NCBI GenBank assembly: GCA_963641885.1
Contig: CAVIDY010000005.1
Span: 931-64,930 of the forward strand
DNA: 64,000 nt
From: Bacteroidaceae bacterium
GTDB taxonomy: Bacteria > Pseudomonadota > Alphaproteobacteria > RF32 > CAG-239
Direction of reading: 5' to 3'
Below are positions 17,059-29,007 of this stretch, in pieces. The stretch's first letter is position 1. Every line of letters begins with the position of its first letter. The notes below the pieces were generated by a model, which did not search any database, had not been told where the DNA came from, and saw only the letters and a list, made by a program, of their open reading frames with translations. A program made the translations under genes and the position numbers.

Positions 17059-17102
17059 ACTATCGACAGCTTGAATACCGACTATCGACAGCTTGAATAC
17101 CG
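17059..17102 (+). repeat. Perfect 22-bp tandem duplication (2 copies)
   Basis: ACTATCGACAGCTTGAATACCG occurs at 17059-17080 and again at 17081-17102. Confidence 0.95.
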
Positions 17103-20100
17103 AAGTGTCTTTGCGCTCGCTTTTGAAGGGAACTCCGGATATTCGCACCTTATCTTTGGTCGGCGCCGAAGTTTGGGTTAACATAAATGAAACTGGCGAG
17201 CTGAATTGGCGAAATTACAGCAAATCTTCATTCAGCGATTCTGATCGAAACACCAGACTTCAGAGCTTAAACATTCAAAATGCTTTGGTGCACTTTGAGA
17301 ATGCTGTTGAAAAAGTCCAGTTTGATTTGTCACAGTTTAATGCTGATATACAAGCCGATACTTTAGCCGGACCATATCGCTTGGACGGCAATTTTATGAA
17401 AAATCAAGACCATTTCGGCGTGGCGCTGAGCTTGGGGACTTTTTCCGGCTTAAACGATGTTTCGGTAAACTTTGCCATAACCCATCCGAAATCTGAAAGC
17501 TTTTTGCGCTTTGACGGTACATATATGCCTAACGAACAGGCATATAAAGGAGATTTTAGCGGTGGTTCAAAGAAAACGGCTGACTTTGCTAATGTTTTGT
17601 CCGGTATAAAAATTTTAGATGAAATATATAATGTGCCGCTGCAATTTTCGGTTGGTATTGAAACCGACAGCGAGCAGATAAAGCTTTCAAGTTTCATTAT
17701 TAAATATGACAATTTTATGGAAGGCGCAGGCAGTATGCTTATTCCGTTGCGCATTGAGACAGGACAAAACCGCAATGTTGTTTTGAAATATCAGCTGGTT
17801 AATTTGGATATGCGTCCGCTGCTTTCTATTTTTCAAGCTGAATATAAAAACTTTGTAGAAAACGGCAGTGTGTACAAGCCGGACTTTAATATAAATATAG
17901 ATGCCGACATCAGCTCCGAGCGTGTGGTGCTGAATAATGAAGACGCGGGCGCTTTGGAAAGCGTCAGCCTGAAAGGCAGTTGGAAAGACAACACGCTTTC
18001 GTTAGATGAATTTTACGCCGCCTGTGCTGGCAATACGGTGCTGACCATGGAAGGCAGCTTGGTTGAAGAAAATCAATCTCCGCAATATTTTTTGAAAGTG
18101 TCGGCAGACAGCAAAGACTTTTTGGCGTTTTTGAACAGCATGGGTTTGAAAATACAGGCTTATACGCAGTCAACCTACCGCAATGCCAATGTTTCTTTCA
18201 GCCTGAGCGGTAACAATAACGCGGTTTCTGTAAATGATATTAAATTCAGTATGGATAAAATGAATATCAGCGGCGTTGCTGGCGGAACATTTAAAGAAGT
18301 CGGCAATATTTATGAAATGCAGCTGGCTGCAGATACGCTGAATTTGGATAACTATTTGCCAAGCTATGAAAAGTCGCAGGATTTTATGACTACGCTTCGG
18401 GCAGATATTCAAAATTTGAGCTTTTTGAAATGGATTACTTTGCATGCCAATTTACAGGCAGAAAACTTAATTTTCAGAAACGCAGCTATGTCTGATGCGT
18501 CGTTGCAAATTGAAACAGACGTCGAAAGCGGCAAGCTTCATGTAATTGAAGCATCGGCAGAAAATATGGAAAATACCGATTTCAAACTTAGTGCCGATAT
18601 TGATAATTTAGGCGGTTTGGATATCAATTTTGCCAATTTGAAGTTTGATGTGCAGTCAAAAAACTTTGAAAATATAAAAGACAAGCTTAAATTGCCGCTG
18701 CCGGATTGGAAAATTTTTGCCTCTGGCAACTTTAGCGCCGCCGGTGAATATAACGGAAATCTGCATGATGGAAATTTGCAGATAAAAGGCACGGTCGGCG
18801 ATGTTAAAGTTGAATATAGCGGTGAAGTAAAACAAGATGAATACTTTGGATTTTCCGGAGATATTGATGTAAAAACCACCAATTTCGGCGAGTTTGTAAA
18901 CAATATCGGCGGCACGCTCAAGTCGGCAAATTCGCTTCGCGGAGCTTTGAATTGCAAAAGTAAAATTATCGGCACCAGCGCGGATTGGAGTTTTGATGAA
19001 ACAAACTGCCTGTGGGGAATTGCCAACTATCAAGGCAGCGGTCGCGTTCAAACCAATAAGAACAATTATAAAATTAAAGCAGTTGCGAAAATTGATGATT
19101 TTAATTTAGAAAATATAACTGATGTTCAATATGCTTTGAATACTCCGGCAATCAACCGCCAACAGGACAATAGCTTTTATGCCCGTCCGGAAATTAACGG
19201 TGATACATTTTTGTTTGATATTTACCGCAATTTAGACTTGGATATAGAGCTGACGGCAGATAAAGCCGGATATCGCGGCAAAACGTTTAACCATCTGCAT
19301 ACCAATATTTTGAATGCCGAAAATATTATGCAGTTAAAGAACCTTACTGCAGTTTTCAATGATATGGATTTTAGCGGCGATATTTTGATAAACTATGCTC
19401 AAAAGCCGGTTGTCAAGGGAACTATGAAAATAAGCAATATTGATTTAAGCAATACCGGCGGCAATATCTATGGTTTTAACAGCGGCATGTTGAATTTGGA
19501 CGGCAGTTTCGAAATGCCGGCGGCATCGCTGAGCGATTTTGTCAGCAACTATACCGGAAGTTTACGTTTTGTCGGAACGGATATTTCTGTTAATGGTTTG
19601 GATATTGCCAAAATAGAACAAGACTTGTCGGGGCGTGAATATTCTAAAGGTTTGTTCCAGCAAATTCGAGATAATCTGCAATCAGGAGAAACTGTGTTTT
19701 CAGAATTTTCAGGTGAAGTAAAAGCCGATAGCGGAAATTTGCTTTATAATAAATTTATACTGAAAACAGACGGCGCCGACATTGCGGTTGACGGCACTTT
19801 GAATGTTTCGGAATGGAAAATGAATAACACCTTCACGGTAAAACTAAGTAATTTGCCGGATATTCCTCAATTTTCATTCAGCCTGTCGGGGTTGATAAAC
19901 AAACCGTCTTTGGATTTGAATATTGAAGAAGTGGCTCGCAAATATGATGCTCATTGGGAACAAATTGAGGCGGAAGAGAAAGAACGCAAAGCCGAAGAGG
20001 CGCGCCAGCTTAATCTAAAAATGAGCGCGGCGCAGGAAACAGTTAAACAAGTTTCTGAAAAAGCCAATTCTTTCGTGCCGGAGCTGGAAGAACATCAAAA

Positions 20101-20610
20101 AAACAGTCTAGATGAAAATTCTGTGGCGTGGTATCAGGAACGGCTTGCGGAAATTTCCCAAATCAACCAAACTTTGGATAGTATGAAAGCTCAAGAGCAT
20201 CTGCCGGACTTTACGGAAAGCGATGTGCAAAAAATAAATGATTATTGCAGTCAGACAAGTTTGCGTCTTAGCAATCTTCCTATTGAAATTTCAACGCATT
20301 ATCAAGATGATGTGCTTAACAGATTTAGAAAAATAGCACCGACTCTGATCGAAAATAACCAAAAGCTGGACGACCTTAACGCCCAATATCAGCAGATGCT
20401 GAAAAATAAGTTTGAAGAACTGTCTCAAATCAAAGCTGAGGCTGCAATTTCGCAGAGTCAGGAGCTTAAAGGTTATCAATCTGAATTTGAGCGTTTGAAC
20501 AAGATTTTGCTCAAAAAGTATAACAGCATTTCACTGCAAACTAAAGATGTTGAAAAGGTGCAGAATAATATTCCTTTACTTGAACAAAGAACTGCGATTT
20601 TGCATAAAAA

Positions 20611-20716
20611 GTTAGAAGAATATTCGGATGATATGCAAAAAATTGAAGATGTTTTCACCAAAAGTTAGAAGAATATTAGGATGATATGCAAAAAATTGAA
20701 GATGTTTTCACCAAAA
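20611..20716 (+). repeat. 53-bp tandem duplication (2 copies, 1 mismatch)
   Basis: GTTAGAAGAATATT[C/A]GGATGATATGCAAAAAATTGAAGATGTTTTCACCAAAA occurs at 20611-20663 and 20664-20716. The copies differ at C20625 versus A20678. Confidence 0.95.
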
Positions 20717-21219
20717 CTCAAGGTCTGTTAAATGAAATGTTAGCCGAGCAGCAAAAAATATATGATGAGCAATTGGCGCAAAAACTGGAAGAAGAAAAAA
20801 AGAAAAGAGCCGAAGAGGGAGATTCAAAGGATAATTCCGAAGATGAACTTGTCGCCGAAAGCGGTGAGGTTTCGGCTCCAAAAAATAATCAGCCGATAAT
20901 AAAAGTTAAAAGCACTCATATAGATGATGATGCGCCGCAAATGGTGATAAATGTGGAGCCGACTCAGTCAAACAAACCTTCTTTGCGTAAAATAACCGAG
21001 GATGCAGCCGATGCCAAAGTTGTGGTCAGCGGCACTATCAAAAAGTCTTATGAAGAAAAAACAACAGAAACTTCAACAAACAGCGGACTGTTGAAAGAGG
21101 CAGAAGGCGCGGTGCAAAAACCGACCGGAAGAATAATTGTGAAATAAATCTCAACAAAGCTTGTTAAATATTTTTATCATGTTAAATTAGATACACTATA
21201 ATAATTATGGAGATGTAAA

Positions 21220-22110
21220 ATGACCAGAAAACCTGAAGTTTGTGTACTGCCAGTGGCAGGACTTTCGACCCGTAATCTGCCGACAACAAAAGTTTTGCAC
21301 AAAGGCTTTATGACGCTGGATAATATTCCGGTGATTCAATATGCCGTGGACAGTTGCGCCGAAGCCGGAATTAAAGAAATTGTTTTTATTTACAGTGACG
21401 ATTCCTGCAAGCATTTGTTTGAAAAATATTATTCACCGGCGCCTGAATTGGAAGCTCATTTGAAAGAAAAGAATAAATTGGATTTGTTAGAAAGAGTCCA
21501 AAAAATTATTCCAGCCGGAATGAAGTTTTCATTTGCCTGCCAAAGCGAGCCAAAAGGCAACGGACACGCTATTTTGATGGCTAAAGAAATTATCGGAAAA
21601 CGCGACTTTGCCGTGATGTGGGTTGACGATGTTTATATCAATTTGCACGGCGACGGAGTTTTGAAACAGCTTTGCGATGTTTATGAGCAAAAAGGTGGTA
21701 TTGTTGAAAATATTATGGAATGTCCGCGTCAGGAAATGGTGCGTTACGGAGCTTTGGTTGGTGCTAAGCGTGATGGCAATGTGGTACGCGCTACAGGTTT
21801 GGTTGAAAAGCCGAAATTGGAGGAAGTTCCATCTAATTACGCCTCTATGGGACCATATGTTATTCCAAATGAAGTTTTAGATGTTTTACCGGAAGTAACT
21901 AAAGGTACTAACGGAGAAATAAATTTGACCGATGCTTTGAATTTGGCGGCAATGCGCGGAATGCCTATTTACGGCGTGCTGTGCAAGGGCTTGCGTTTTG
22001 ACTGTGGCACCAACGCCGATTTGCAGCGTTCAAATCTCAAACTCAGTTTAATGAACAGTGGAGAATTGAGAGCCTATGCTCGTGAGCTTTTAGACACGAT
22101 GGATATATAA
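21220..22110 (+). CDS. galU: UTP--glucose-1-phosphate uridylyltransferase-like nucleotidyltransferase
   Basis: VLPVAGLSTRNLPTTKVLHKGFMTLDNIPVIQYAV resembles the GalU N-terminal motif (PVAGLGTRxLPATK) but is divergent. Confidence 0.7.
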   Translation: MTRKPEVCVLPVAGLSTRNLPTTKVLHKGFMTLDNIPVIQYAVDSCAEAGIKEIVFIYSDDSCKHLFEKYYSPAPELEAHLKEKNKLDLLERVQKIIPAGMKFSFACQSEPKGNGHAILMAKEIIGKRDFAVMWVDDVYINLHGDGVLKQLCDVYEQKGGIVENIMECPRQEMVRYGALVGAKRDGNVVRATGLVEKPKLEEVPSNYASMGPYVIPNEVLDVLPEVTKGTNGEINLTDALNLAAMRGMPIYGVLCKGLRFDCGTNADLQRSNLKLSLMNSGELRAYARELLDTMDI

Positions 22111-22123
22111 AATAAGCATCTTT

Positions 22124-22162
22124 AAAACACCTCAAGTATTGAAAAACTTGGGGTGTTTTTTG
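22124..22162 (+). terminator. Intrinsic terminator
   Basis: ACACCTCAAG (22127-22136) pairs with CTTGGGGTGT (22147-22156), followed by a T6 run. Confidence 0.8.
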
Positions 22163-22349
22163 TTGTTTAATAAAATAAGGTATTTTTGTTAACTTTTTAA
22201 AGTCAAAATCCATTTTAAGGCTGTTTTTTTGCCCGTGGACGCAAAAGCGCTGTTTTATGTTGGGTATAAATCAGAGAAAAAACTTTTTATCAGCGCTTAA
22301 ATTTGCTATGTTTAGACAGTTTAACAAGTTTAAAGAAAAGAGGTATAAA

Positions 22350-25169
22350 GTGACAGAAGAAATTGAAAATACAGATGTCATAAAATCTGATAACATTGCC
22401 CCGACTATGATTTCGGAAGAAATGCGCCGCTCATATTTGGACTACGCCATGAGCGTGATTGTGTCCCGTGCATTGCCTGATGCCCGCGACGGTATGAAAC
22501 CGGTGCACCGCCGTATTATTTACGGAATGTATGAAAACGGCTATGATTGCACCAAGCCATATCGTAAATCGGCGCGTATCGTCGGCGATGTTATGGGTAA
22601 ATATCACCCGCACGGCGATAGCTCAATTTATGAAGCCATGGTGCGTATGGCGCAGCCGTTTTCTATGCGTTTGACTTTGGTAGACGGACAGGGTAACTTT
22701 GGTTCTATGGACGGAGACGGCGCGGCTGCGATGCGTTATACCGAAGCCAGACTGGCAAAAGTTTCTTCCTGCTTGACCGATAACTTGGACGAAGACACTG
22801 TTGACTTTATGCCGAACTATGATGAATCATTGCAGGAGCCAACTGTTTTGCCGGCTCGTTTTCCAAACTTGCTGGTAAACGGCGGCAACGGTATTGCCGT
22901 TGGTATGGCAACCAACATTCCGCCGCACAACCTTGGCGAAGTGATTGACGCTTGCTGCGCCTATATTGACAATCCTGAAATCAGTATAGAAGAGCTGGTA
23001 AACATTGTTCCAGGACCGGATTTTCCGACTGGCGGCTTGATTTTGGGTTACGGCGGAGCTAAACAAGCTTATTTGACTGGACGCGGTTCTATTATGATGC
23101 GTGCAAAATGCACCATTGAAGAAATCCGCAAGGATAAAGAAGCCATTATCGTGCACGAAGTTCCGTATCAGGTAAACAAAGCGGCTTTGGTTTCGCACAT
23201 TGCTGAGTTGGTTAAAGATAAAAAAGTTGAAGGTATTTCTGATATCCGCGATGAGTCCGACCGTCAGGGCGTGCGCATTGTAATTGAAATCAAGCGCGAC
23301 TTCCAAGCCGATGTGGTGTTAAACCAGCTGTATAAGTTTACAGCTCTGCAAACCAGCTTTGGTATGAATATGTTGGCAATTAACGGCGGTCGCCCAATGA
23401 TGATGAACTTAAAAGACATCATTTCCACCTTTATTGAATTTCGTGAAGAAGTTATCCGCCGCCGCACGATTTTCCGCTTGAACAAAGCCCGCAACCGCGC
23501 GCATGTTTTGGTTGGTTTGGCGATTGCTGTGGAAAATCTGGACGAAGTGATTGAACTGATTAAAACCGCTCCGACGCCGCAGGACGCTAGAGATGCTTTG
23601 GTCGGTAGAGCTTGGGCTGCTGCTTCTATTGAAGATTGGGTTAAATTGATTGACGAGCCGGATAGAAAAGTTGAAAATGGTTTCTATCGCTTGTCAGACG
23701 ACCAAGCAAAAGCCATTTTGGATTTGAAATTACAGCGTTTGACTGGTTTGGAACGTGATAAAATACACGACGAATTGGTTTCTTTGGGCGAAGATATCAA
23801 AGAATTCTTATCTATTTTAGCCAGCCGTGAAAAACTTTACGGCATTATGCGTGATGAGCTGGTCGCTGTTAAAGACGAATACGCAACTCCGCGTTTGACC
23901 AAGATAGAAGATATCGAATACAATCAAGATATTGAATCTTTGATTCAGCGTGAAGAAATGGTGGTTACCGTAACTGAAGCCGGCTATATCAAACGTGTGC
24001 CGCTGAACGCCTATAAAGCACAGCGCCGCGGCGGCAAAGGAAAATCCGGTATGACCACGAAGGAAGAAGATTTTGTAACCCGTTTGTTTGTGGCAAGCAC
24101 TCATACTCCGGTGCTGTTCTTCTCGAACAAAGGTATTGTTTATAAGATGAAAGTTTATAAACTGCCTTTGGGTTCGCCGACTTCTAAAGGCAAACCGTTT
24201 ATTAACCTGCTGCCGCTGGTGCAGGGTGAAACCATTACTGCTATTATGAAACTGCCGGAAAATGAGGCTGATTGCGAGAACATGTCTATTGCTTTTGCAA
24301 CTGCTAAAGGCAACATTCGCCGCAACAGCCTGATGGACTTTGTCAATGTTCAATCTAATGGTAAAATTGCGATGAAATTGGACGAGGGCGACAAGCTTAT
24401 CAATGTTGCTTTGTGCGATGACAGCAACGATATTATGCTGGCTGCCAAGAGCGGTAAGTGCATTCGTTTTGCAGTGGAAGATTTGCGTGTGTTTGTCGGT
24501 CGTAATTCTACCGGTGTGCGCGGTATCAAACTGCAGGACGATGATGAAGTTATTTCTATGTCTGTTTTGAAACACTGCACCTATAGCGTAGAAGAACGTG
24601 ACGAATATCTGCGCGTTTCTAATGCAATGAAACGTATGGAAATCGAAAACGGCGGTGACGCTTGCATTTCTCCAGATCAGACTGGTTTGTTGAATTTGCT
24701 TGACGTGGCTAAGTTTGAAGAAATGCGTAAAGCCGAAGAGTTTATTTTGACAGTGACTGTAACTGGTTATGGTAAACGCACATCTTCTTATGAATATCGT
24801 GTAACTGGTCGCGGCGGGCAGGGTATCGCCAATATGGAAATGTCTCCGCGCAACAAAGAAGTTGTAAGTTCTTTCCCTATTGAAGACGGTAAGGAAATTA
24901 TGATGGTAACCGACGGCGGCAAGCTTATCCGTATGCCAGTTGATGATATCCGCGTTGCCGGACGCAAGACCCAAGGTGTTATCTTGTTCCGTACGGGCGA
25001 AGATGAAAAAGTTGTTTCCGTAACTTGGCTGGATTCTGATGCCGATGCAGATGAAGAAATCGACGAAGAAAACAACAGCGAAGTTTTGGACGGTGATTTG
25101 AACGATGCTGCCGATGATGTCGCAGATGATATGGTTACCGAACCGGAAACCACTGACGATGAGCAATAA
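22350..25169 (+). CDS. gyrA: DNA gyrase subunit A
   Basis: [39 protein letters not shown] and an acidic C-terminal tail are present. The start is placed at GTG 22350, behind AAGAGG; the ORF-track start at 22257 is less likely. Confidence 0.95.
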   Translation: MTEEIENTDVIKSDNIAPTMISEEMRRSYLDYAMSVIVSRALPDARDGMKPVHRRIIYGMYENGYDCTKPYRKSARIVGDVMGKYHPHGDSSIYEAMVRMAQPFSMRLTLVDGQGNFGSMDGDGAAAMRYTEARLAKVSSCLTDNLDEDTVDFMPNYDESLQEPTVLPARFPNLLVNGGNGIAVGMATNIPPHNLGEVIDACCAYIDNPEISIEELVNIVPGPDFPTGGLILGYGGAKQAYLTGRGSIMMRAKCTIEEIRKDKEAIIVHEVPYQVNKAALVSHIAELVKDKKVEGISDIRDESDRQGVRIVIEIKRDFQADVVLNQLYKFTALQTSFGMNMLAINGGRPMMMNLKDIISTFIEFREEVIRRRTIFRLNKARNRAHVLVGLAIAVENLDEVIELIKTAPTPQDARDALVGRAWAAASIEDWVKLIDEPDRKVENGFYRLSDDQAKAILDLKLQRLTGLERDKIHDELVSLGEDIKEFLSILASREKLYGIMRDELVAVKDEYATPRLTKIEDIEYNQDIESLIQREEMVVTVTEAGYIKRVPLNAYKAQRRGGKGKSGMTTKEEDFVTRLFVASTHTPVLFFSNKGIVYKMKVYKLPLGSPTSKGKPFINLLPLVQGETITAIMKLPENEADCENMSIAFATAKGNIRRNSLMDFVNVQSNGKIAMKLDEGDKLINVALCDDSNDIMLAAKSGKCIRFAVEDLRVFVGRNSTGVRGIKLQDDDEVISMSVLKHCTYSVEERDEYLRVSNAMKRMEIENGGDACISPDQTGLLNLLDVAKFEEMRKAEEFILTVTVTGYGKRTSSYEYRVTGRGGQGIANMEMSPRNKEVVSSFPIEDGKEIMMVTDGGKLIRMPVDDIRVAGRKTQGVILFRTGEDEKVVSVTWLDSDADADEEIDEENNSEVLDGDLNDAADDVADDMVTEPETTDDEQ

Positions 25170-25205
25170 AAAAAAACTCATCTAACCGATTTTCATAAAA
25201 CTTGT

Positions 25206-25240
25206 ACCGGCTGCCATAAAGGCAGCCGGTATTACTTTTA
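25206..25240 (+). terminator. Probable gyrA terminator
   Basis: ACCGGCTGCC (25206-25215) pairs with GGCAGCCGGT (25221-25230). The T tract is weak. Confidence 0.6.
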
Positions 25241-25307
25241 GAAATTAAAGAATATATAAAAATATAAAGCCCCGAAAAACGGAGCTTTATAATAGATTTA
25301 AGAATAC

Positions 25308-27653
25308 TTATTTTTTATGCAAGGCTATTTTCAAAACCTCTGAAACATTGCTTACCGGAATAATTTTCATTCCTTTTTTCACGTTATCAGGTATCTCAGC
25401 CAAATCTTTTTCATTTTCTTTTGGAATGATTACGGTTTTGATACCTCCGCGCAAAGCGGCAAGCAATTTTTCTTTTAATCCGCCGATTGGCAAAACACGA
25501 CCCTGCAAAGTTATTTCACCAGTCATGGCAACATCTTTTTTCACCGGAGTTTTAGTAAACACCGAAACCAAAGTTGTATACATGGCAATACCGGCAGAAG
25601 GTCCGTCTTTTGGTGTAGCCCCTTCAGGTACATGAACATGAACATCTGTTTTTTCAAACACTTCAGGGTCTATGCCTAAATCTTTGGAATGGGCGCGAAC
25701 TACGGAGTAGGCGGTTTCAATAGATTCCTTCATTACATCGCCAAGCTTACCGGTTTGTGTTACTTTGCCTTTCCCTGGCATATCCACGGCTTCAATAAAT
25801 AGAATATCTCCGCCGACTTCAGTCCAAGCCAAACCAGTAGTAACACCGATATGGTCTTGTTTTTCGGCTTCGCCGTAGCTGAAACGCTTTACGCCTAAAT
25901 ATTTTTCCAAATTAGCTGGCGTAACTTCTATTTTTACGCATTTGCCTTTTTGCAGTAAAATATCTTTTGTTGCTTTGCGGGCAATGGTTGCCAGCTCACG
26001 TTCCAAGTTACGCACGCCGGCTTCGCGGGTATAATAACGGATTATATCGCGGATAGCCTCATCGCTAATTACCAATTCAGAGCATTTAACAGCATTTTCA
26101 TCAAACACTTTTTTCAATAAATGGCGTTTGGCGATTTCTATTTTTTCATCTTCAGTATAGCCGGACAGCTGGATAATTTCCATGCGGTCAAGCAGCGGAC
26201 GTGGCATATCCAATGAGTTTGCAGTTGTCACAAACATCACGTCAGACAAATCATAGTCAACCTCTAAATAGTGGTCGTTAAATGATGAATTTTGTTCCGG
26301 ATCCAAAACTTCAAGCAGGGCAGAGCTCGGATCTCCGCGCCAATCGTTACCCAGCTTGTCAATTTCATCCAGCAAAAACAACGGATTCGAGGTTCCGGCT
26401 TTTTTCATTGACTGTACGATTTTCCCTGGCATAGCCCCAACATAAGTACGGCGGTGACCGCGAATTTCTGCTTCATCGCGCATACCGCCCAACGAGGCAC
26501 GTACAAAGTTACGATTAGTGGCACGGGCTATGGATTTGCCGAGAGAGGTTTTACCAACCCCCGGAGGACCGACCAAACATAAAATCGGAGCTTTCATACT
26601 GCTGGAGCGAGATTGTACGGCTAAATATTCTATAATCCGCTCTTTAACCTTTTCCAGTCCGTAATGGTCTTCTTCTAAAACTTTAATAGCTTTTGATAAA
26701 TCTTTGTTTAATTTCGTTTTTTTATTCCAAGGAATATCTAAAAGCCAGTCTAGATAGTTACGAATAATAGCGCTTTCCGGTGAAGAATTACCCATATTTT
26801 TCAGCTTTTTAAGCTCTGCTAAAGCTTTATCTCTTGCTTCTTTGGTAAATTTCGTATCGTTTATGCGCTTTAGATAATTGCCGAATTCATCACCGTCTTC
26901 GCCATCATTAAGTTCTTTTTGAATAGCTTTTATTTGCTCATTCAAATAGTATTCTTTTTGGCTTTTTTCCATTTGCTTTTTAACACGGTTTTTGATGCGG
27001 TCTTCTACTTCCATAACCATCATTTCCGTGTCAATAAGCTGCAACAGTTTGTTTAGACGTTCTTTTAAATTTTCTGCCTCCAGCAAATATTGCTTGTCTT
27101 CAGTTTTCAAAGCCAAATGCGATGCTATTGTGTCGGCAAGTTTGTCGTATTCTTCAATTTGTTTAACTGATTGCACCACATCAAGCGGAATTTTCTTATT
27201 TAGTTTAACATAATCTTCAAATTGGCTGACTACCGCTCGAGCCCAAGATTTTAGCTCCGTAGCATCTTCTTTTTCTGCCGGATAAGCCACAACCTGAGCC
27301 GAATAGTAAGTTCCTTCGTTTTGAAAATTTTTAATTTTGATGCGTTCTATGCCTTCAACCAAAATCTTTACAGTTCCGTCCGGCAGTTTCAGCATTTGCA
27401 AAATATTGCCTCTTGTGCCTACCTTATATAAATCATCGGCTTCCGGCACTTCAACATCTGCTTTTTTCTGCATTACCAAAACAATGTCAGAACCTTTGTC
27501 GTTGGCATGCTGCACAGCTTCAATAGATTTTTCCCGACCAACAAAGATCGGCACAATCATTTTAGGATATACCACCACATCGCGCAGCGGCAACACTGGT
27601 AAAACTGTTTCTTTTTTCTTTTCCACTATATTGTTTTCCTCATTTTTTTGCAT
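25308..27653 (-). CDS. lon: ATP-dependent Lon protease
   Basis: LPVLPLRDVVVYPKMIVPIFVGREKS, GPPGVGKTS and the protease motif PKDGPSAGIAM are present. Confidence 0.97.
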   Translation of the reverse strand: MQKNEENNIVEKKKETVLPVLPLRDVVVYPKMIVPIFVGREKSIEAVQHANDKGSDIVLVMQKKADVEVPEADDLYKVGTRGNILQMLKLPDGTVKILVEGIERIKIKNFQNEGTYYSAQVVAYPAEKEDATELKSWARAVVSQFEDYVKLNKKIPLDVVQSVKQIEEYDKLADTIASHLALKTEDKQYLLEAENLKERLNKLLQLIDTEMMVMEVEDRIKNRVKKQMEKSQKEYYLNEQIKAIQKELNDGEDGDEFGNYLKRINDTKFTKEARDKALAELKKLKNMGNSSPESAIIRNYLDWLLDIPWNKKTKLNKDLSKAIKVLEEDHYGLEKVKERIIEYLAVQSRSSSMKAPILCLVGPPGVGKTSLGKSIARATNRNFVRASLGGMRDEAEIRGHRRTYVGAMPGKIVQSMKKAGTSNPLFLLDEIDKLGNDWRGDPSSALLEVLDPEQNSSFNDHYLEVDYDLSDVMFVTTANSLDMPRPLLDRMEIIQLSGYTEDEKIEIAKRHLLKKVFDENAVKCSELVISDEAIRDIIRYYTREAGVRNLERELATIARKATKDILLQKGKCVKIEVTPANLEKYLGVKRFSYGEAEKQDHIGVTTGLAWTEVGGDILFIEAVDMPGKGKVTQTGKLGDVMKESIETAYSVVRAHSKDLGIDPEVFEKTDVHVHVPEGATPKDGPSAGIAMYTTLVSVFTKTPVKKDVAMTGEITLQGRVLPIGGLKEKLLAALRGGIKTVIIPKENEKDLAEIPDNVKKGMKIIPVSNVSEVLKIALHKK

Positions 27654-27745
27654 ATCAGCTAAACTCCGTCCAATACATCTTTTTATTATATAAGGTTGCT
27701 TTTAAAGTTCTACAATAGCACAAAGCAAATTTTCCCCATTTTGTT

Positions 27746-28018
27746 TTAGTTTAAAGCAATAATTTTAATATTATCGGTTAAATATTTTTCAATCCCGTCA
27801 TTTATTATTTTAAGTAAAATCTTAGCTTCTTTCTTGCCGATTTTTTCTTGAACAGCCCAAGCCAGCATTTGTACGTCATTCTTATTTATATAGCAGTCAA
27901 ATGCTAATATCATATTGGTTTTAGATGATAAATAAGCTCCGTTTTGCGCCTCGGGATATTTTTCGGAAAAGTCGAAAAATATTTTATCAGCAATGTTTTT
28001 TAGTTTTATTGAATCCAT
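27746..28018 (-). CDS. Hypothetical small protein (AT-rich orphan)
   Basis: A 90-aa ORF with no recognisable motif, lying downstream of the two lipoprotein genes on the same strand. Confidence 0.45.
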   Translation of the reverse strand: MDSIKLKNIADKIFFDFSEKYPEAQNGAYLSSKTNMILAFDCYINKNDVQMLAWAVQEKIGKKEAKILLKIINDGIEKYLTDNIKIIALN

Positions 28019-28087
28019 ATTCCACCTGTTAAATAAGATATAATTCTTATTTTAAGCAGATGTCAATAGTTTTTTTCTTATATTTTC

Positions 28088-29002
28088 TTATTTTTTACTT
28101 TTTAACTCGCTTTTTTCTAATTTATTCTGCAAATATTTGTTAATTTTATTATTTGCATTATTAACCGCCGTGGTCAGCAGCTTTTTTATCAAAGTGTCAG
28201 CTATTTGCTGTTCATCTTTATCAGCGGCAAATAAAATGAAATGTGTCTGTTCTTGCTGAATTGGCACAAAATCGCTGTCAAACGCCGCGTCGGTGCGGAG
28301 TTCTACCACCATTTGCATTTTTCGGTTTGTTTTATCTATTTTATCGACGGCGGCTTTATTCAGCAGAGGAGTAACTACAAAATCAGCTAAATTTTTATCA
28401 TCGGTAACATAGTAATAATCGCTGTGCGAAAATTGCTCTTTCAACCAATCCGTATAATGGTTATTTTCCGTTTTATCCCAAAATTTCATATCGGCTATAT
28501 ATAAAAGTTTCTTTTCTTTTAAGTTTTGCGGCTTAAAAGCTGTTTTATCTTTTACTTCTGCGGCAACGTCTTCGGCTATTTTGTTTTCGGTTTCTGGATT
28601 TATGTGCGCCGGTTCTGCGGCTTTTTTATGTTCTTCCACCAGTGCCGCCAGTTCTTTGTCGTCAATTTCTAAATCGGCGGTCACTTTAACACACACACGA
28701 TTCGGTTCAGACAAAGTAGTGGTATGCTTTACATTTTGCAAATATTCATCAATCAGACGATAGGCGATAATATCAACTACCGCAGGAGAAAGATTGCCGC
28801 TGTGCTTTTGAATAATGCCTGAAGTCTTTACGGCTGTAAGGCTGGCTTTGTCCACCGCGCGATATTCCATGGTTTTTGCGTCGAAGCCATCCTGTTTTTC
28901 GTCGCAGGCGCTGGCTTCCACGTTTTTAAATTCGGCAGCCACCGGCAAAACTTTTAAGCAAGCCAGCAAAGCTAGTGCAAAAATATATTTATTGCCTTGC
29001 AT
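28088..29002 (-). CDS. Secreted hypothetical protein
   Basis: From ATG 29002 the protein reads MQGNKYIFALALLACLKVLPVAA, a signal peptide. An alternative GTG start at 29014 would overlap the upstream stop. Confidence 0.6.
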   Translation of the reverse strand: MQGNKYIFALALLACLKVLPVAAEFKNVEASACDEKQDGFDAKTMEYRAVDKASLTAVKTSGIIQKHSGNLSPAVVDIIAYRLIDEYLQNVKHTTTLSEPNRVCVKVTADLEIDDKELAALVEEHKKAAEPAHINPETENKIAEDVAAEVKDKTAFKPQNLKEKKLLYIADMKFWDKTENNHYTDWLKEQFSHSDYYYVTDDKNLADFVVTPLLNKAAVDKIDKTNRKMQMVVELRTDAAFDSDFVPIQQEQTHFILFAADKDEQQIADTLIKKLLTTAVNNANNKINKYLQNKLEKSELKSKK

Positions 29003-29007
29003 ATTTA

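Larger units (their letters stand above)
16813..21147 (+). pseudogene. AsmA-family outer-membrane biogenesis protein, split into three frames by two tandem duplications
   Basis: The fragments are 16813..17181 (frame 1: membrane anchor plus AsmA N-domain), 17093..20668 (frame 2) and 20686..21147 (frame 1). Removing one copy of each duplication gives one continuous 1419-codon ORF. Confidence 0.85.

Noticed and set aside
23817-25181. A 454-aa ORF on the minus strand, with shorter antisense ORFs at 22827..23306 and 24788..25153.
   Set aside because: All lie entirely antisense to the unambiguous gyrA gene. Their composition is low-complexity, rich in F, I, N, H and R, with no RBS and no motifs. 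They are artefacts of an open complementary frame.
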